From Candidatus Peribacteria bacterium RIFCSPHIGHO2_01_FULL_51_35 (lineage in GTDB: Bacteria > Patescibacteriota > Gracilibacteria > Peribacterales > Peribacteraceae), in NCBI GenBank assembly GCA_001787535.1, contig MFXP01000006.1, positions 56,339-120,338 on the forward strand: a stretch of 64,000 bases of DNA, in the 5' to 3' direction. Under the pieces are notes generated by a model, which had not been told where the DNA came from, ran no database searches, and worked only from the letters and a program-made list of their open reading frames with translations. Positions 59,814 to 64,000 of the stretch are shown here, piece after piece. Numbering within the stretch: position 1 is the first letter of the stretch; every line of letters starts with the position of its first letter. Made by a program: the position numbers and the translations under genes.

Positions 59814-60404
59814 TTACAAACGTTGCATCGCCCCTTGCAGCACTTCTTCGATCTTCGCTCCGATTTTCGCAGCATCCGTTTCCACGCGCACGCCATTCAC
59901 AAAGTACGTGGGAGTGCCGCCCACTCCTTGCTGCTTGCCGGTTTCATAATCGTCCAGGATCGTATCTTTTTTGATCTTGGATGCTGTGCAGCGGTTGAAC
60001 AGATCCATGTCGAGCTGGAGATTTTCCGCCCATGTTTTGATGGCATCCCGGGAGAGATCCTTTTGATTCACATACGCCGTATCCACAAACTCCCAAAATT
60101 TCCCCTGGTCCGCCGCACACTCGGCAGCCATGGCGGCATCCAATGCATAGCGGTGGAGGGATTGCAGCGGGAAATGCATGAAATCAAAGCGAATTTTGTT
60201 TCCGTATTTTTCCAGCAGCGGCCCGTTCAATGTCATGTGTGCGGCTTGGCATGCAGGACATTGCAAATCGGCAAACTCCGTCACGACCACGGCGGCGTTC
60301 GGGTTTCCCTTGGGCGTTCTGGAAGATTCTTTGGAAAGACCCGTGGTGTCGACGCAGGCGACGAGAGCCAAGGTAACAATGAGAATCGCAAAGGTTTTTT
60401 TCAT
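59814..60404 (-). CDS. DsbA-family thiol:disulfide oxidoreductase lipoprotein
   Basis: MKKTFAILIVTLALVAC lipobox. Thioredoxin-fold CPAC active site (ADLQCPACQAAH) and GGTPTYFVNG. Confidence 0.85.
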   Translation of the reverse strand: MKKTFAILIVTLALVACVDTTGLSKESSRTPKGNPNAAVVVTEFADLQCPACQAAHMTLNGPLLEKYGNKIRFDFMHFPLQSLHRYALDAAMAAECAADQGKFWEFVDTAYVNQKDLSRDAIKTWAENLQLDMDLFNRCTASKIKKDTILDDYETGKQQGVGGTPTYFVNGVRVETDAAKIGAKIEEVLQGAMQRL

Positions 60405-60420
60405 AGAAACCTATTGTAAT

Positions 60421-60516
60421 GAAAAGGATTCAGAAGAAACAGAGGAATCAAAAGATTCAGAGGAGGAATAAATACCTTCCTCTGAATCGTCTGTTTCTTC
60501 TGATTCCTCTGTTTCC
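60421..60516. repeat. long imperfect hairpin with about 7-nt periodic arms (GATTCAG/AGAGGAA type) in divergent dsbA/dnaX region
   Basis: ggattcagaagaaacagaggaatcaaaagattcagaggagg - aataaatac - cttcctctgaatcgtctgtttcttctgattcctctgtttcc. Confidence 0.7.
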
Positions 60517-60571
60517 TGCAAAAAGGCGGATTATTTCCCAAACCCCCAAAGAACGATATACTGCACCTCTC

Positions 60572-62038
60572 ATGTCGCTCTACCGTAAATATCGCCCGAA
60601 GACGTTTGCCGAAGTGGTGGGACAAGATCACATCGTGACGACGCTGGAAAACGCAGTGCTCCAGAAAAAAGTATCGCATGCCTATTTGTTCAGCGGCCCG
60701 CGCGGGACGGGAAAGACTTCTATCGCCAGGATCCTCGCGAAGATGCTCCTGACGAAAGACATGGAGGACGAGTCGATGCAAAAGCGGATCATCCGAGCCG
60801 TGGAAGAGGAAAGTCTCGTGGATCTTCTGGAGATCGATGCAGCAAGCTACACGCAGGTGGATAACATTCGCGATCTGATCGAGAAGATCCAATTCTCGCC
60901 CGTCGTCGCCAGCGCCAAGGTCTACATCATCGACGAAGTGCACATGCTTTCGAAGAGCGCCTTCAATGCGCTGTTGAAAACGCTCGAGGAGCCACCCGCA
61001 TACGCGTATTTCATCCTCGCGACGACAGAATTGCAGAAAGTCCCTCCAACCATCCAATCCCGCTGCCAGAGGTTCCCCTTCCGTCACGTGCGGGAGGAAG
61101 ACATCATCCGGCATCTGCAATTCATTGCGGACCAGGAAAAGATCAATGCCGACCGCACCGCCTTGAGAGCTATCGCACACCATGCGCAAGGAGGCATGCG
61201 CGACGCCATCTCGCTGCTGGATCAGTTGAGGAGCTTGGAAAAGATCACCGTTGAGCATGTGAAGATTCGCATCGGCGAAAGCGGACAGGAATACATCGAC
61301 TCGATTTTGGAAGCAGTGGCTGCGGAGGACAAAAAAGCGATCCTCGCCATCGTCGCAAAGATTGAGGAAGCGGGCATTGCCCTGGATACGCTGCTGCGCC
61401 AACTCCTCACGACCATACGTGTGAGCCTCCATGAAGGCATCGCGGAAGGAAAACCGACGGAACGGCTTTCCTATGTGCTGGATGTCCTGCTGGAAGCTAT
61501 CCGCGACATTCGCGTGGCGCCCGTGCCGGGCTTGGTGCTGGAATCCGCGCTCCTCTCGCTCTGCGAAAGCGAGGAGAAGCAAGTGCTGCAGGCCGTCCGC
61601 AAGAAAACGGACGAGCAGGTGAGGGAAGCGCCGAGCAAGTCCGCGAAAGAAGTGAAACAAGAGATTGCTGCGGAGAAAACTCCCGAGCCTGTGGCAGCAG
61701 ATGCCACGTTGGAAGCACCCGAGCTGACACTCGTGAGTATCCGCGAGTACTGGCCGAAAATCCTGAGTGAAGTCTCGCCCGCAAGCGTGAAGATGTCTCT
61801 GAAAAACGGTCGCGTGCATGCCCTGAAAGAAAAGACGGTGACGGTCAGCTTCGCCTCCGCGTTCCACCGCGACAAAGTGGCGCACACGGACGCCAGCAGG
61901 AGCGTGGAAGAAATCATGGAAAAGATGTTCCGCAGGCAACTCAAAATGGAATGCATTGTCGACGAAGAGAAAGATCAAAAAACATCCGCGGATGAGAAGA
62001 TGGTGAATTTGGCGGAAGCGGCAGCTGAAATATTTTAG
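60572..62038 (+). CDS. dnaX: DNA polymerase III subunit gamma/tau
   Basis: Start reassigned to MSLYRKYRPKTFAEVVGQDHI. GPRGTGKTS (Walker A), IIDEVHMLS and SRCQRF (sensor 1/SRC). Confidence 0.93.
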   Translation: MSLYRKYRPKTFAEVVGQDHIVTTLENAVLQKKVSHAYLFSGPRGTGKTSIARILAKMLLTKDMEDESMQKRIIRAVEEESLVDLLEIDAASYTQVDNIRDLIEKIQFSPVVASAKVYIIDEVHMLSKSAFNALLKTLEEPPAYAYFILATTELQKVPPTIQSRCQRFPFRHVREEDIIRHLQFIADQEKINADRTALRAIAHHAQGGMRDAISLLDQLRSLEKITVEHVKIRIGESGQEYIDSILEAVAAEDKKAILAIVAKIEEAGIALDTLLRQLLTTIRVSLHEGIAEGKPTERLSYVLDVLLEAIRDIRVAPVPGLVLESALLSLCESEEKQVLQAVRKKTDEQVREAPSKSAKEVKQEIAAEKTPEPVAADATLEAPELTLVSIREYWPKILSEVSPASVKMSLKNGRVHALKEKTVTVSFASAFHRDKVAHTDASRSVEEIMEKMFRRQLKMECIVDEEKDQKTSADEKMVNLAEAAAEIF

Positions 62039-62094
62039 AATTAAGAAGTAAGGATAAAGACATTCCTAATTCATAATTCTTAATTCATAATTCT
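62034..62094. repeat. AT-rich hairpin with heptamer-periodic arm (AATTCAT/AATTCTT)
   Basis: tagaattaagaagtaagg...cctaattcataattcttaattcataattctt. Confidence 0.6.
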
Positions 62095-62097
62095 TCT

Positions 62098-62673
62098 ATG
62101 CATCCTCGCGAAGAAAAATCTCAAGTCCGGCTGAGTATAAAACAGCGCCTGGAAGCCTATCCGGAACGGCAGCGCCATGCGGAAAGCAGGACAGTCTGTA
62201 GAGAGATACACAAGATTATCCCCAATGATCCTGCGCTCAGCATCGCAGCCTATTATCCGCTAAAAGATGAAGTGGATCTGCGACCATTGTTCGAAGAACT
62301 CTTAAAACGAGGCGTGAAAATCTATCTCCCCTGTTTCGAAGACAAGCATTTTTTCTTCCGCCTGATGGACAGTACGGAAAATTTAAGACCTGGCGAATTC
62401 AAGATTCCGGAGCCAACCAAAGATGCTCCTATCTTGGATCCCGCAACATTGGATATTGCACTGATTCCCGGACGAGCCTTCACGCACGAAGGCTATCGCC
62501 TGGGGCGTGGCAACGGCGGTTATGACCTGTGGATTACGGAGCAACGAAAAAAGAACCCAAAGACGAAAATCTACGGCGTGGCACTGGAATGCCAGATACT
62601 CACGGAGATACCCATGGAACCGCACGATGAAAAAGTGGACGGGGTGATCACGGCACGAGGACTTATAAAATGA
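62098..62673 (+). CDS. 5-formyltetrahydrofolate cyclo-ligase
   Basis: AAYYPLKDEVDLRPL, YLPCF, FKIPEP and IPGRAFTHEGYRLGRGNGGYD motifs. Confidence 0.88.
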   Translation: MHPREEKSQVRLSIKQRLEAYPERQRHAESRTVCREIHKIIPNDPALSIAAYYPLKDEVDLRPLFEELLKRGVKIYLPCFEDKHFFFRLMDSTENLRPGEFKIPEPTKDAPILDPATLDIALIPGRAFTHEGYRLGRGNGGYDLWITEQRKKNPKTKIYGVALECQILTEIPMEPHDEKVDGVITARGLIK

Positions 62674-62742
62674 CCAATGACACAATGACCAATGACCATA
62701 TTGATTTCTTTCTTGGTCATTGGTCTATGGTCATTGGTCATT
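62668..62742. repeat. GGTCATT-family complete hairpin (both arms)
   Basis: aatgaccaatgacacaatgaccaatgaccata - 12 nt - TTGGTCATTGGTCTATGGTCATTGGTCATT. The left arm contains the stop codon of the upstream gene. Confidence 0.9.
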
Positions 62743-62774
62743 CTCTTCGGTATGCTCTGAGCCTCCTCAACCTC

Positions 62775-64000
62775 ATGCCTACGTACACAGCCCTGCAAAC
62801 CCAAGATCCGGATATCTACAACGCTCTTATGGGTGAGATGCGCCGCCAAGTGGAAGGAGTGGAATTGATCGCGTCCGAAAATTACATTTCGCCTGCCGTG
62901 CTGGAGACGATGGGAACCGTGTTCAACAATAAATATTCGGAAGGGTACCCGGGCAAGCGCTACTACGGCGGACAGGAGTTCACGGACATTGTGGAAACGC
63001 TCGCAATTGAGCGCGCGAAGAAACTCTTCCGCTGCGAACATGCCAACGTCCAGCCGCACGCAGGTTGCCCCGCGAACGTCGCGATGTACTTTGCGCTGTT
63101 GGAACCCGGCGACACGGTGATGGGCATGGATCTCAGCCACGGAGGCCATCTTTCACACGGTCACCCCGTCACGTACCTCACGAAGATTTTCAAATTCGTC
63201 CGCTACGGCATGAAAGATGTGGAGACCGGAGAGATCGACTACGACGCCATGCGCCAAGTGGCACTCAAAGAAAAACCAAAGATTCTTCTGGGAGGATTTT
63301 CCGCGTATCCCCGTGAACTGAATTACGCAAAGATGAAAGCGATTGCCGATGAAGTGGGTGCCGTGACGGTCATGGATATGGCGCACATCGCAGGCATGAT
63401 TGCCGGTGGCGCGCTCAGAAATCCTTTCGATGATGGCTTCGACATTGTCACGACGACAACGCATAAAACACTGCGCGGTCCGCGCGGAGGCATGATTCTT
63501 TCCCGCACGGCAGAGCTCGGCAAGAAGATCGATAAATCGGTGTTCCCCGGCTTCCAAGGCGGCCCCATTATGCAGATGGTCGCTGCGAAAGCTGTTGCAT
63601 TCGGCGAGGCTCTTAAGCCCGAATTCAAGGATTACGCGCATCAGATCATCCGCAACAGCAAGCATCTGGCCACGTTCTTTATGGAGAAAGGTGCCAAGCT
63701 TGTGACGAACGGCACGGACAACCACTTGATGATGATCGACTGCGTGACGTCCTTTGGCATCGCGGGAGCGGAAGTGGAAACGGTGCTCGACCGCGTCGGC
63801 ATCACACTGAACAAGAACATGATCCCGAATGACCGGCGAAAACCCATGGATCCCTCCGGCGTGCGCCTGGGAACTCCTGCCATCACCACACGCGGTATGA
63901 AGGAAAAGGAGATGGAAACCCTCGGTGCATTCATCTTGAAGGCGATCGAAAAGCGTGCAGATGAAGCTGCGCTCAAAAATCTGCACAAAGAAGTGGAAAT
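62775..64000 (+). CDS. glyA: serine hydroxymethyltransferase (3' end outside window)
   Basis: My own translation from ATG 62775 gives MPTYTALQTQDPDIYNALMGEMRRQVEGVELIASENY...YYGG...TTTTHKTLRGPRGG (PLP-Lys motif). The frame is open to nt 64000. It is absent from the ORF track because it has no stop in the window. Confidence 0.93.
   Translation, partial: MPTYTALQTQDPDIYNALMGEMRRQVEGVELIASENYISPAVLETMGTVFNNKYSEGYPGKRYYGGQEFTDIVETLAIERAKKLFRCEHANVQPHAGCPANVAMYFALLEPGDTVMGMDLSHGGHLSHGHPVTYLTKIFKFVRYGMKDVETGEIDYDAMRQVALKEKPKILLGGFSAYPRELNYAKMKAIADEVGAVTVMDMAHIAGMIAGGALRNPFDDGFDIVTTTTHKTLRGPRGGMILSRTAELGKKIDKSVFPGFQGGPIMQMVAAKAVAFGEALKPEFKDYAHQIIRNSKHLATFFMEKGAKLVTNGTDNHLMMIDCVTSFGIAGAEVETVLDRVGITLNKNMIPNDRRKPMDPSGVRLGTPAITTRGMKEKEMETLGAFILKAIEKRADEAALKNLHKEVE

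Noticed and set aside
60401-61978. 525-aa minus-strand ORF
   Set aside because: It is antisense to dnaX, which has Walker A, Walker B and SRC motifs on the + strand. It is a shadow ORF.
14766-62742. Possibility that the short tandem repeats represent CRISPR arrays
   Set aside because: The units are only 7-9 nt, directly abutting without spacers, and are arranged as two complementary arms of hairpins. No cas genes are present. They are not CRISPR.
63153-63986. 277-aa minus-strand ORF (and 62571..63149)
   Set aside because: It is antisense to glyA. The SHMT reading frame is open from 62775 to the window end with canonical motifs. glyA is missing from the ORF track only because it has no stop codon in the window.

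Overview
A gene-dense bacterial chromosomal segment of about 50% GC using the standard genetic code. Shine-Dalgarno sequences are almost absent and several genes look leaderless. Gene content is compatible with a CPR/Patescibacteria-like, possibly Peregrinibacteria-type, organism, but taxonomy cannot be established from this window alone. Most genes are housekeeping: metG, typA, ruvB, rplK/rplA, dusB, clpC, rpsA, yidD, trpS, dcd, dnaX, glyA and six tRNAs. Four other layers stand out. (1) A complete-looking mevalonate/isoprenoid operon (39.0-47.1 kb) carries the archaeal-type thiolase/HMG-CoA synthase/DUF35 trio. Its DUF35 domain is fused to a divergent guanylate-kinase-like P-loop kinase, and no phosphomevalonate kinase or isopentenyl phosphate kinase is visible. 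(2) A PAPS-synthesis, sulfotransferase and giant three-domain glycan-enzyme cluster lies at 34.0-38.5 kb. (3) T4SS-like remnants include four VirB2/TrbC-like pilins, a PrgI/VirB3-like protein and a VirB4 N-terminal fragment. (4) Intergenic DNA is unusually rich in palindromic repeats. These include long hairpins with 7-9 nt periodic arms, some belonging to dispersed families. One such element sits in-frame inside dusB. Three hairpins carry small genes in their loops (a four-helix-bundle/IVS protein, a DUF559 endonuclease and an IS200 TnpA). A 170-186 nt element shows compensatory base changes between two copies. Two tRNA genes are preceded by pseudo 5' tRNA fragments interrupted by a GC-rich element. 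All functional calls are by-eye motif recognition and no database searches were run.
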